Positions 9,574 to 19,197 of a stretch of DNA of 64,000 bases are shown here, one piece after another (the first letter of the stretch is position 1; each line of letters opens with the position of its first letter). The position numbers were made by a program, and so were the translations under genes. Origin of the DNA: Acidimicrobiaceae bacterium (GTDB lineage Bacteria > Actinomycetota > Acidimicrobiia > Acidimicrobiales > AC-14); contig JBBWZS010000020.1 in NCBI GenBank assembly GCA_039649175.1, positions 1,450-65,449 on the forward strand. The letters are read 5' to 3'. The notes below the pieces were generated by a model, which was not told where the DNA came from, ran no database searches, and worked only from the letters and a program-made list of their open reading frames with translations.

Positions 9574-10938
9574 GTGAACAGTTTCACAAGTTCTCAGCCA
9601 GGGCCGGTTCGGGTGCCGTTCAGCGTGGTCGACGAGGCCGTCCACCTGCTGGAGACCGAGGCGGCACCGTGGAGCGTCGAGATGGAGCTCGCTGTCGAGG
9701 GCCACCTGGACGAGACCCGGCTCCGGACCGCCTTCGCCCACGCCCTGGAGGCCCACCCGATGGCTCGCGCCCGCAAGGTGGCGTCGCGCCCGGCCCTGCA
9801 CACCGACCAGTGGGAGATCGCCGCGGAGGCCGACCACGATCCCCTGCGGGTCGTCGACTGCGCCGACGACGACGCGCTGGCGACCGCCCGTGCCGAGCTG
9901 CAGAGCCTGGCCGTCCCCCTGGCCGAGGCCCCGCCCCTGCGGGCCCGCCTGGTTCGTCACCCCGGCGGCGACGTCGTCATGCTCAACGCCAACCACGCCG
10001 CCATGGACGCCTTCGGTGCCCTGCGACTGCTGCAGTCCGTGGCCCGGGCGTACGCCGGCGAGCCCGACCCTGCTCCGGCGCCGACCCACCTCGAGGCGCG
10101 CGAGTACCCCGACCGCCTCGCCGCCGGTGGGCTGGTCACCAGGCTGCGGCGGCGGCTGGCTCTGGCCGAGAAGCTCCGCGACGTCGTCACTCCCCCTGCC
10201 CGGGTGGCCCCTGACGGGGCCACGGGTGAAGCCGGCTACGGCTTCCACCACGTGTCACTGCCGGCCGCCCGGACAGAGGCCATCGCCGGCCTCGACCACG
10301 CCGGCACCGTGAACGACGTCCTCGTCAGCGCCCTGCACCTGGCCATCGCCGGTTGGAACGCCGACCACGGCCGACCGTGCGGCCGCATCGGCGTCCTCGT
10401 GCCCGCCAACCTGCGTCCCGACCACTGGCGCCACGACGTGGTCGGCAACTTCTCGCTGCCGGCCCGGGTGTCCACCACGCCCCGTGACCGGCGCAGCCCG
10501 CAGGCCGTCCTGCGGGCGATGACGGCCCAGACGGGGCGGAAGAAGAAGTCGGGTATGGGCACTGCCCTGGTGGTGGGCCTGGGCGCGGCGCGCAAGCTGC
10601 CGCTGTGGGCCAAGCAGGTCATCGTCGCCCTGATGCCGCTCACCGGCAACCGGTTGGTCGACACCGCCATGCTGTCCAACATGGGCCGGCTACCTGAGCC
10701 TCCGTCGTTCGGGCCCGAGGCCGGAGGCACCGTCGACGTGTGGTTCTCACCTCCCGGGCGTATGCCGCTCGGGCTCACGGTGGGCGCCGTCACCGTCGGC
10801 GAGCGGCTGCACCTGTCGTTTCGCTACCGGCACCGCCTCTTCGGCGCCGACGCCGCCCGAGCTTTCGCCGACCGGTACCTGGCCGAGCTGGACCGTCTCA
10901 TCGACCCCGCCCCCCCGACCGCCGCCCTCGCCTCCTAG
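9574..10938 (+). CDS. Stand-alone condensation-domain (HxxxD acyltransferase) protein
   Basis: NANHAAMDAFG (HxxxD(x)G-type motif) at the expected position, about 450 aa. The N-terminal 411 codons of track ORF 8341..10938 are antisense to the SBP56 gene. Start is GTG 9574 or TTG 9568. Confidence 0.65.
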   Translation: MNSFTSSQPGPVRVPFSVVDEAVHLLETEAAPWSVEMELAVEGHLDETRLRTAFAHALEAHPMARARKVASRPALHTDQWEIAAEADHDPLRVVDCADDDALATARAELQSLAVPLAEAPPLRARLVRHPGGDVVMLNANHAAMDAFGALRLLQSVARAYAGEPDPAPAPTHLEAREYPDRLAAGGLVTRLRRRLALAEKLRDVVTPPARVAPDGATGEAGYGFHHVSLPAARTEAIAGLDHAGTVNDVLVSALHLAIAGWNADHGRPCGRIGVLVPANLRPDHWRHDVVGNFSLPARVSTTPRDRRSPQAVLRAMTAQTGRKKKSGMGTALVVGLGAARKLPLWAKQVIVALMPLTGNRLVDTAMLSNMGRLPEPPSFGPEAGGTVDVWFSPPGRMPLGLTVGAVTVGERLHLSFRYRHRLFGADAARAFADRYLAELDRLIDPAPPTAALAS

Positions 10939-10947
10939 CCGGCGCCG

Positions 10948-12024
10948 TCAGGCGCCGCCGCCGCCGTCGACCACTTCCCTCTGGCCGACCACGTCGACCA
11001 CGTCGACCACGTCGACCACGTCGATGAGGACCTTGCCCACGGTGCCGTCGGCCACCGCGGCGTGGGCACGCCCCGTGTCGGCCAGGGGGAAGTGGTGCAG
11101 CGGCAACCCGGCGTCACGACCCACTCGCAGGGCGCCGGCGGCGACGGCCGCCGACACGTCGGCCACCGCCTGGTCCTTGGCCGCGGCAGGGACGGTGTAC
11201 ACGAGCACGAACTGGTACCGGGTGTTGGCCCTCATGGCCGAGAACACCGGGACGGCCAGCTCGTCGCCGTCACGCGCGTAGATCGCCACCGTGGCGTTGG
11301 GGGCGACGACCTGGCGGTCGAGCTCGGCGTTGGCGACAGGGGCCACCTCGACGATCATGTCCACGCCGTCGGGTGCCACCTCGCGGATGGCCGCCGCCGC
11401 GTCGCCGGCCCGGTAGTTGACGACGTGGTGGGCGCCGGCGGCGGTGGCCAGTTCGGCCTTCTCGGGAGAGCTGACGGTGGTCACCACCGTGGCGTCCGAC
11501 CACACCGCCAACTCGATGGCGGCATGGCCGACCGCCCCTGCGCCACCTGCCACCAGCACCGTGCGACCGGCCAGCGTCCCCGGGCCGAGATTCCCGGCTC
11601 CACCGGTCGTCAGGCAGCGGTGGGCGGTCAGGGCGGGGATGCCCAGGCTGGCGCCCAGGTCGAAGCCGGCCCCGTCAGGGAGGGCCACGGCCTGACGGGC
11701 GGGGAGGGCCACCAGCTCCTGGGCGGTGCCGTCGGCCCGTTTCCACGCCGCCTCCCACAGCCAGACCCGCTGGCCGACCCGGGCGGGGTCGACGCCGTCG
11801 CCCACCGCGATCACCGTCCCTGCCCCGTCCTGGTTGGGCACGACCTGGGGGTGGCGCAGCTCCTCGCCCGGGGCGTTCCCCTCCCTCGTCTTCCAGTCCG
11901 TGGGGTTCACCCCCGAGACGGCCACCGCCACCACGACCTCACCGGGGCCGGCGACGGGCTCGGGTCGCTCCACCAGCTTCAGGACCTCGGGCCCCCCGGT
12001 CCGCTCATGGACGATCGCTCTCAT
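10948..12024 (-). CDS. qor: Zn-independent MDR-family NADPH:quinone oxidoreductase with an unusual repeat-containing C-terminal extension
   Basis: MRAIVHERTGGPEVLKLVERPEPVAGPGEVVVAVAVSGVNPTDWKTREG, GGAGAVGHAAIELA. ATG 12024 is preceded by GGGAGG. The protein ends ...GKVLIDVVDVVDVVDVVGQREVVDGGGGA. Confidence 0.85.
   Translation of the reverse strand: MRAIVHERTGGPEVLKLVERPEPVAGPGEVVVAVAVSGVNPTDWKTREGNAPGEELRHPQVVPNQDGAGTVIAVGDGVDPARVGQRVWLWEAAWKRADGTAQELVALPARQAVALPDGAGFDLGASLGIPALTAHRCLTTGGAGNLGPGTLAGRTVLVAGGAGAVGHAAIELAVWSDATVVTTVSSPEKAELATAAGAHHVVNYRAGDAAAAIREVAPDGVDMIVEVAPVANAELDRQVVAPNATVAIYARDGDELAVPVFSAMRANTRYQFVLVYTVPAAAKDQAVADVSAAVAAGALRVGRDAGLPLHHFPLADTGRAHAAVADGTVGKVLIDVVDVVDVVDVVGQREVVDGGGGA
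10987..11022. repeat. Perfect 9-bp tandem repeat (gaccacgtc x4) in frame at the 3' end of qor
   Basis: Read directly from the sequence. Encodes (DVV)4 on the minus strand. Confidence 0.9.
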
Positions 12025-12119
12025 CGGCACCTCCCTCTCGTTCTGCGCGCGATTTCTAACCCACCGTGTTGGAGATCGCCCAGAGAACCGAATCGGGGGG
12101 CCGGCGGTAGGCTGGGGCC

Positions 12120-12938
12120 ATGAAGATCGGGATCGTCGGAAAGGGTGGGGTGGGCAAGACCACCCTCTCGTCGCTCATCTGCCAGAGCTACGCCGAGCGG
12201 GGGAAACGGGTGGTAGCCATCGACACCGACTCCAACCCCAACCTGGCCATGAGCCTGGGACTCGACGAGGACACCGCCAACCACGCTCCCCTCGTCCCCC
12301 GCTCCCTCGTCGTGGGCGGCGGCGACGGCAGCCTCACCCCCGCGGCCCTGCTCGACGAGTACGGCCTGCAGACACCCATCGGCGTCACCCTGCTCCACGC
12401 CATGCGGGTGGAGCAGGCCGGCGCCGGCTGCACGTGCATGTCCCACGCCACCGTCCGCAGCCTGCTGGAGATGGCCATGGAGGACGAGGCCGACGTCACC
12501 CTGGTCGACATGGAGGCCGGGCTCGAGCACCTCAGCCGGGCCGGGGGCACGCTGGCCTACGCCGACGTGCTGCTCATGATCATGGAGCCCACCCGCAAGT
12601 CGATCCTCACCGCGGCGCGCACCGTGCCCCTGGCCGAGGAGCTCGGCATCCCCCGCATGTACGGCGTGGGCAACAAGGCCCGCCTCCCCGCCGATGCCGA
12701 GTTCTACGAGAAGGTCTGCGCCGAGCAGGGCGTCACCCTGGCCGGTGTGGTGCCCTTCGACGCCGCCGTCCCCAGCGCCGACCGCAAGGGCGTGGGACTG
12801 GTGGCCGGGCAGGCCCCCGACGTGCGGGCGGCGGTGGGCCGCATCCTCGACGTGGTCGATTCCGAGGATGAGCACCAGGCCGCCCTCGACCGCCGGCGCG
12901 AGCGACTGCGCGGCCACATCGCCACCATCCGGGGGTAG
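12120..12938 (+). CDS. CooC/MinD-type P-loop ATPase (metallocentre maturation factor-like)
   Basis: MKIGIVGKGGVGKTTLSSL (deviant Walker A), VVAIDTDSNPNLAMSLG. Sits immediately next to fdhD. Confidence 0.7.
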   Translation: MKIGIVGKGGVGKTTLSSLICQSYAERGKRVVAIDTDSNPNLAMSLGLDEDTANHAPLVPRSLVVGGGDGSLTPAALLDEYGLQTPIGVTLLHAMRVEQAGAGCTCMSHATVRSLLEMAMEDEADVTLVDMEAGLEHLSRAGGTLAYADVLLMIMEPTRKSILTAARTVPLAEELGIPRMYGVGNKARLPADAEFYEKVCAEQGVTLAGVVPFDAAVPSADRKGVGLVAGQAPDVRAAVGRILDVVDSEDEHQAALDRRRERLRGHIATIRG

Positions 12939-12942
12939 CGCG

Positions 12943-13779
12943 TCAGGCGCCCACCACCCGGTCGCCGCCGGCGTACACGTTCATGGTGTCGCCCCGGAGG
13001 AACCCCACCAGCGTCATCCCCGCCTCCTCGGCCAGCTCCACGGCCAGGCTGGACGGTGCCGACACCGCGGCCAGGGCGGGAGCGCCGGCGATGAGGGCCT
13101 TCTGCACGAGCTCGAAGCTGGCCCGCCCCGAGGCCATCAGGACGTGCGACCGCAGGGGCAGGCGGCGGTGCATGGCCGCCCAGCCGATCACCTTGTCGAA
13201 GGCGTTGTGGCGGCCCACGTCCTCGCGAGCGCATACCAGGGTGCCGTCGGCGTCGAACAGGCCGGCGGCGTGGAGGCCCCCGGTGCGGGCGAACACCGCC
13301 TGTGCGGCACGTAGGCGGTCGGGGAGCCCGGCCAGCACCTCGACCGACAGGCGCAGGGGGTCGCCGGCCACGTCGACAGGCACTCGGGAGCGGACCGACG
13401 AGATGCTGGCCCGCCCGCACAGCCCGCACGACGAACTGGTGAACACCGCCCGAGGAGCGACGCCGGCCGCCGGGGCGTCGTCGGACACGGCCACATCGAC
13501 CACGTTGAACTCCCGGAGCGGGTCGACGGGTGCAGGCCCGGGTCCGGGTCCGCAGTAGCGCATGGCCCGCACCTGGTCACCCCGGTCGACGACGCCTTCG
13601 GTGAGCAGGAAGCCGGCAGCCAGCTCGAAGTCGTGACCGGGGGTGCGCATGGTCACGGCCATGGCCCGCCCGTTCACCCGGATCTCCAGAGGCTCCTCGG
13701 CCGCCACCACGTCGTAGGAGGTGCGCCGGGTGTCGCCCTCGATCCGCAGGAGAGGCCGGGGGACGCTGGCGCCGGGCAT
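12943..13779 (-). CDS. fdhD: Formate dehydrogenase accessory sulfurtransferase FdhD
   Basis: EEPLEIRVNG, MRTPGHDFELAAGFLLTEG, SSCGLCG, GGLHAAGLF, EDVGRHNAFDKVIGW, SGRASFELVQKA. ATG at 13779. Confidence 0.9.
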   Translation of the reverse strand: MPGASVPRPLLRIEGDTRRTSYDVVAAEEPLEIRVNGRAMAVTMRTPGHDFELAAGFLLTEGVVDRGDQVRAMRYCGPGPGPAPVDPLREFNVVDVAVSDDAPAAGVAPRAVFTSSSCGLCGRASISSVRSRVPVDVAGDPLRLSVEVLAGLPDRLRAAQAVFARTGGLHAAGLFDADGTLVCAREDVGRHNAFDKVIGWAAMHRRLPLRSHVLMASGRASFELVQKALIAGAPALAAVSAPSSLAVELAEEAGMTLVGFLRGDTMNVYAGGDRVVGA

Positions 13780-13906
13780 CGCCGGCGACGGTAGCTCAGC
13801 GGTCGAAGAATCGCAGGAGTACCGTGGCCGCTTCGAAGGGGCATCTGCGTCGGTCGGACGGCGATGGGAGGGCCACCGTGGGTACAGGCGTCGTGGGTCG
13901 CCGGTC

Positions 13907-16900
13907 GTGAGCGCCGCCGACCGGATCGCATCCTGGCCGGTGCTGCGCCAGTTGCGAGGCGGTGACCCACTCGGTCTCGGACCGGCGGCACAGTCGCCCC
14001 GGTCGGCCTCGCTGGTGCCCCGCACGGAGACCGCCGACAAGGTGGTGGACTCGATCTGCCCGTACTGCGCGGTGGGCTGCGGCCAGAAGGTGTACGTCAC
14101 CGACGGCCAGGTGACCCAGATCGAGGGCGATCCCGACAGTCCCATCTCGCGGGGGCGCTTGTGCCCCAAGGGCTCGGCCAGCCTCAGCCTGGTGACCGCC
14201 CCGGCCCGCGAGCAGAAGGTGAAGTACCGCCGGCCCTACGGCACCGAGTGGGAGGACCTCTCGCTGGTCGAAGCCATGGACCGCATCGCCGACCGGGTCA
14301 TTGCCACCAGGGCCGCAACCTGGCAGGAGCGTGACGACAACGAAGACCTCACCCTCAAGCGCACGCTGGGCTTCGCCAGCCTCGGAGGAGCGACCCTCGA
14401 CAACGAGGAGAACTACCTCATGAAGAAGCTCTACACCGCCCTGGGCGCGGTGCAGGTGGAGAACCAGGCCCGCATCTGACACTCCTCCACCGTCCCCGGT
14501 CTGGGGACCTCGTTCGGGCGGGGCGGCGCCACCACCTTCCAGCAGGACCTGCAGAACGCCGACTGCATCCTCATCCAGGGCTCCAACATGGCCGAGTGCC
14601 ACCCCGTTGGCTTCCAGTGGGTGATGGAGGCCAAGGCCCGGGGGGCGACGGTGATCCACGTCGACCCCCGGTTCACCCGCACGAGCGCCCTGGCCGACAT
14701 CCACGTGCCCATCCGGGCGGGCAGCGACATCGCCTTCCTCGGCGGCATCGTGAACCACATCCTGGCCAACGGGCGCGAGTTCCGCGAGTACGTGGCCGCC
14801 TACACCAACGCCGCGACCCTCGTCGGCGACGGCTTCGCCGACACCGAAGACCTCGACGGCCTGTTCTCGGGCTTCGACGCCGACAACAAGACCTACGACC
14901 CGGCCACCTGGCAGTACGCGGGCATGACCACCGCCACCGCCGCCGCCGGCCACCGCGAGCAGGCGATGGGCGAGGCCCACGGGCACGGGTCGAAGCACCA
15001 GGGGGCGGGTCGCCCCGACAGCGACCCGTCCCTCGAAGATCCCCGCTGCGTCTTCCAGATCCTCAAGCGCCATTTCTCGCGCTACACGCCGGAGATGGTC
15101 GAAGAGATCTGTGGTGTCCCCCCGGAGCTGTTCACCCGGGTGGCCGAGGCCCTGTGCGCCAACTCGGGACGGGAGCGCACCTCGGCGTTCGTGTACTCGG
15201 TGGGCTGGACCCAGCACACGGTGGGGGTGCAGTACATCCGCACCGCGTCCATCATCCAGTTGCTGCTGGGCAACATCGGGCGGCCGGGCGGCGGCATCCT
15301 CGCCCTGCGCGGCCACGCCAGCATCCAGGGCTCCACCGACATCCCCACGCTGTTCAACATCCTCCCCGGCTACCTGCCCATGGTGCCCGCCCGGGGGCCC
15401 GCCGACCTGGCCGCCTACATCGACGCCTACAACGCACCGGCGGGGTTCTGGGGCCACATGGACGCCTACCTGGTGAGCATGCTCAAGGCGTGGTGGGGCG
15501 ACGCCGCCACCGCCGACAACGACTATTGCTTCGACTACCTGCCGAGGATCGACGCCGACCACTCGCACTACCGCAGCACCCTCGACATGGCCGACGGCAG
15601 GGTCAAGGGCTTCTTCGTGGTGGGCGAGAACCCGGTGGTGGGCTCGGCCAACGGCCGCCTCCAGTGCCAGGCTCTGGCCAACCTCGACTGGCTGGTCGTG
15701 CGCGACCTGGTGGAGATCGAGACGGCGGCGTTCTGGTACGACTCCCCCGAGATCGACAGCGGCGAGGCCCGCACCGCCGACATCGGCACCGAGGTGTTCT
15801 TCCTGCCCGCCGCCGCCCACACCGAGAAGGACGGGAGCTTCACCAACACCCAGCGCCTCCTGCAGTGGCACCATGCCGCCGTCGAGCCGGCGGGCGACTG
15901 CCGCTCCGACCTGTGGTTCTACTTCCACCTCGGTCGCATCATCAAGGACAAGCTGGCCCACTCCACCGAGGCGCGCGACCGACCCGTCCTCGATCTCACC
16001 TGGGACTACCCCACCCACGGCCCGACGGCCGAGCCTGACGCCGAGGCCGTCCTCCGGGAGATCAGCGGGTGGGGACCGCACGGGGCCGTCGACGGGTACG
16101 CCGACCTGAAGGCCGACGGGTCCACCGCCTGCGGCTGTTGGATCTACTCGGGCTCCTACGCCGGCGAGGCCAACCAGGCGGCCCGGCGCAGGCCCGGGTC
16201 GGAGCAGTCGTGGGTGGCGCCGGAGTGGGGCTGGGCGTGGCCGGCCAATCGCCGGATGCTCTACAACCGGGCGTCGGCCGACCCCGAAGGCCGGCCCTGG
16301 TCGGCGCGGAAGGCCTACCTGTGGTGGGACGAGGATTCGGGCCGGTGGACCGGTGAGGACGTGGCCGACTTCGTCGCCACCATGCGCCCCGACTACCGGC
16401 CTCCAGAGGGTGCGTCGGCCGAGGACGCCCTGCGCGGCGACGAGCCGTTCGTGATGCAGACCGACGGACGGGGATGGCTGTTCGCGCCGACCGGCCTGGT
16501 CGACGGGCCGTTGCCCGCCCACTACGAGCCCCACGAATCACCGTTCACCAACTCGCTCTACGGCCAGGAGTGCAACCCCGCCCGCCTGATCCACTCCCGG
16601 CGCGGCAACCGCTCCAACCCCGGCGGCGGGCGGCCCGGGGCCGACGCCTTCCCCTACGTGGTGTCGACCTACCGGCTCACCGAGCACCACACCGCAGGTG
16701 GTATGAGCCGGTTCCTCGCCTACCTGTGCGAGCTCCAACCCGCCATGTTCTGCGAGGTCAGCCCCGAGCTGGCAGCCGAGCGGGGGTTGGTGAACGGCGG
16801 CTGGGCCACGGTGGTGACGTCCCGATCGGCCATCGAGGCCCGGGTGCTGGTGACCGAGCGCATGCCTGCGCTGCGCGTGCAGGGCCGCACCGTCCACCAG

Positions 16901-17116
16901 GTGGGCCTGCCCTACCACTGGGGGCGGCGCGGCCTGTCGCCCGGTGACTCGGCCAACGACCTGGCGGGCGTGGTGCTCGACCCCAACGTCCACATCCAGG
17001 AGTCCAAGGCGGCGTCGTGTGACATCCGCCCCGGCCGCCGTCCCCGAGGACCCGACCTCACCCGCCTGGTCGACGAGTACCTGGGCCGCGCCGGTATCAC
17101 GAGTGAGGGACCATGA
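13907..17116 (+). CDS. fdhA: Molybdopterin formate dehydrogenase alpha subunit, selenocysteine-containing (TGA at 14477-14479 read as Sec)
   Basis: Track ORFs 13721..14479 and 14588..17116 are in the same frame and joined through one TGA. Context is ...VQVENQARI-U-HSSTVPGLGTSFGRGGATTFQQD, the FdnG/FdhF-type Sec/Cys site. N-terminal 4Fe-4S motif CPYCAVGCG...CPKG. Start GTG 13907 gives SAADRIASWPVLRQL, which I recall as the usual N-terminus in actinobacterial homologues. Confidence 0.85.
14492..14508 (+). promoter_or_regulatory. SECIS-like hairpin 12 nt downstream of the fdhA UGA
   Basis: GTCCCC-GGTCT-GGGGAC: perfect 6-bp stem with a 5-nt loop GGUCU. From memory, the E. coli fdhF SECIS apical loop has the same loop sequence. 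Confidence 0.6.
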
Positions 17117-17958
17117 TCGCCCGACCCTCGCCGGGCGACCCGGCCACCGATGCCGGCTGGACGACCGACCAGCCCCGGCTCGGGTTCTTCACCGACACGT
17201 CGCTGTGCATCGGCTGCAAGGCCTGCGAGGTGGCGTGCAAGGAGTGGAACGGCGTGCCCGACGACGGCTTCGACTTCTCCGGCACGTCCTATGACAACAC
17301 CGGCGCGCTGGGCGCCGACACCTGGCGACACGTCACGTTCACCGAGAAGCTGGTGCCCGCACCCGGCGGTATCGGTAGCGGTGGCGGTGACGAGGTGCGT
17401 TGGCTGATGTCGTCGGATGTGTGCAAGCACTGCACACACGCCGCCTGCCTCGACGTGTGCCCCACCGGCGCCCTGTTCCGCACCGAGCACGGCACGGTTG
17501 TGGTGCAGGACGACGTGTGCAACGGGTGCGGGTACTGCGTGCCCGCCTGCCCGTTCGGGGTCATCGACCAGCGCCGGGGCGACGGCCGGGTGTGGAAGTG
17601 CACGCTCTGCTACGACCGCATCGGCGCCGGGATGACGCCGGCGTGCGCGCAGGCCTGTCCGACCGAGTCGATCAAGTTCGGCCGCCTCGACCAGCTCCGA
17701 GCCTCCGCCGACGGGCGGGTGACGACCCTGCGCGCCGGGGGCGCCCCCGACGCCCGGCTCTACGGCGCCGACACCACCGACGGCGTCGGGGGGATGGGGG
17801 CGTTCTTCCTCCTGCTCGACGACCCCGAGACCTACGGCCTCCCTCCCGACCCCGTCGTCACCACCCGCGACCTGGCTTCGATGTGGCGGACGGCGGGAGC
17901 GGCCGCTGTCGCCGTGGTGGCCAGCGTGGCCGGGGCCGTACTGGCCGGCCGCCGGTGA
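17113..17958 (+). CDS. fdhB: Formate dehydrogenase beta subunit (4x[4Fe-4S] ferredoxin-type, C-terminal TM anchor)
   Basis: ATGA overlap with fdhA. CIGCKACEVACKEWN, CKHCTHAACLDVCP, CNGCGYCVPACP, CTLCYDR...CAQACP. Hydrophobic tail AAAVAVVASVAGAVLAG. Confidence 0.9.
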   Translation: MIARPSPGDPATDAGWTTDQPRLGFFTDTSLCIGCKACEVACKEWNGVPDDGFDFSGTSYDNTGALGADTWRHVTFTEKLVPAPGGIGSGGGDEVRWLMSSDVCKHCTHAACLDVCPTGALFRTEHGTVVVQDDVCNGCGYCVPACPFGVIDQRRGDGRVWKCTLCYDRIGAGMTPACAQACPTESIKFGRLDQLRASADGRVTTLRAGGAPDARLYGADTTDGVGGMGAFFLLLDDPETYGLPPDPVVTTRDLASMWRTAGAAAVAVVASVAGAVLAGRR

Positions 17959-18010
17959 CCCCTACCCCGGCGTTCCGGTCACGTTTCGGTGGGTCAGGAC
18001 CCACCGAAAC

Positions 18011-18919
18011 GTGACCGGAACCGAGGATGGGGCGGTGCGGACCTACTACGGCCGTCCCGTGCTCAAGGCGCCGGTGTGGAAGTGGCCGATCCCCGTGTAC
18101 TTCTTCACCGGCGGGATGGCCGGCGCCTCGGCCAGCCTGGCCCTGGCTGCCCGCCTGAGCGGTGACGGGGCGCTGGCCCGCCGGTCCCTCGGGGTGGCGG
18201 CACTCGCGGCCGCCGCCAGCCCGCCGCTGCTCATCGCCGACCTGGGCCGCCCCGAGCGGTTCCTCAACATGCTCCGGGTCGCCAAGGCCACCTCGCCCAT
18301 GAGCGTGGGCACCTGGGTGGTGTCGGCCTTCGTGCCCGCCGCCATCGGCGCCGCCGCGTGCGAGCGCACCGGACGCCTGCGCCGGGTCGGCCGGGTGCTC
18401 GAGGCCGTCGCCGGTGCTCTCGGCCCGGTCATGTGCACCTACACCGGCGTCCTGGTGGCCGACACCGCCGTGCCCGCGTGGCACGAGGCGCACCGCGAGC
18501 TGCCCTTCGTGTTCGCCGGCAGCGCCATGGCCAGCGCGGGGGCCGCCGCCGTGGCCCTGTCGCCGGTGGACGGGACCGGGGCGGCCATCGCCCGCCGGCT
18601 CCTGGCCGCCGGCGTCGTGGTCGAGGGGGCGGCCAGCCAGGTGATGGAGCGGGCCCATCCCCATGCCTGTGCGCCCTACCGCGGTGCCGGTCGGGCCGCC
18701 GTCCTGGCCACGACCGCTCGGGCCCTGACGGTGGCGGGGACGGCCGTCGCCCTCACCCTGGGTCGCAGGCGGCGCCCGGCGGCGACCGCGGGCGGCGCCC
18801 TCGTCCTGGTCGGCGCCCTGTGCGAGCGCCTCTGCGTGAGCGAAGCGGGCGTCGAGTCGGCCCGTGACCCGCGGGCCACCATCGGCCCCCAGCGCAGGCG
18901 GCTCGACCAGGCGCGCTGA
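18011..18919 (+). CDS. NrfD/PsrC-type integral membrane (quinone-interacting) subunit of the FDH complex
   Basis: YYGRPVLKAPVWKWPIPVYFFTGGMAGAS and multiple TM segments. Lies directly downstream of fdhB. Confidence 0.8.
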   Translation: MTGTEDGAVRTYYGRPVLKAPVWKWPIPVYFFTGGMAGASASLALAARLSGDGALARRSLGVAALAAAASPPLLIADLGRPERFLNMLRVAKATSPMSVGTWVVSAFVPAAIGAAACERTGRLRRVGRVLEAVAGALGPVMCTYTGVLVADTAVPAWHEAHRELPFVFAGSAMASAGAAAVALSPVDGTGAAIARRLLAAGVVVEGAASQVMERAHPHACAPYRGAGRAAVLATTARALTVAGTAVALTLGRRRRPAATAGGALVLVGALCERLCVSEAGVESARDPRATIGPQRRRLDQAR

Positions 18920-18924
18920 CCCGG

Positions 18925-19197
18925 TCAGGGCTGGTCGTCGCTGGGCAGCAGGGAGCGGGCCACGGCGACGGCCTCGGCCAGGGCGTCGGCGGGCGTGGCC
19001 CCGGCCGCCACCCGGGCGGCGACGAAGCGTCCGGCCACGAAGGTCGACAACGGTGCGAAGCGCCGCTCGCTGCCGTGAGCCACCTCCCGGGCCAGGTCCA
19101 GCAGAGCCCCGACCTCGGCCTCGGTCAGGTCGGCGCCGAGGGCCATGGCGTAGCGCCGGGGCCACTCCGGCTCGGGGATGCCGGTGGGCTCGCTCAT
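18925..19197 (-). CDS. Small conserved protein usually found beside mobA (DUF6457-like, from memory)
   Basis: 90 aa. ATGA overlap with the mobA stop. High GC3 coding bias. Confidence 0.5.
   Translation of the reverse strand: MSEPTGIPEPEWPRRYAMALGADLTEAEVGALLDLAREVAHGSERRFAPLSTFVAGRFVAARVAAGATPADALAEAVAVARSLLPSDDQP

Noticed and set aside
8341-10938. Single 865-aa gene (likewise 4792..7197 as 801 aa and 59053..61530 as 825 aa)
   Set aside because: The N-terminal portions are antisense to SBP56, birA and the 59476-60159 gene respectively. The conserved domains start at internal start codons (9574, 5440, 60355).
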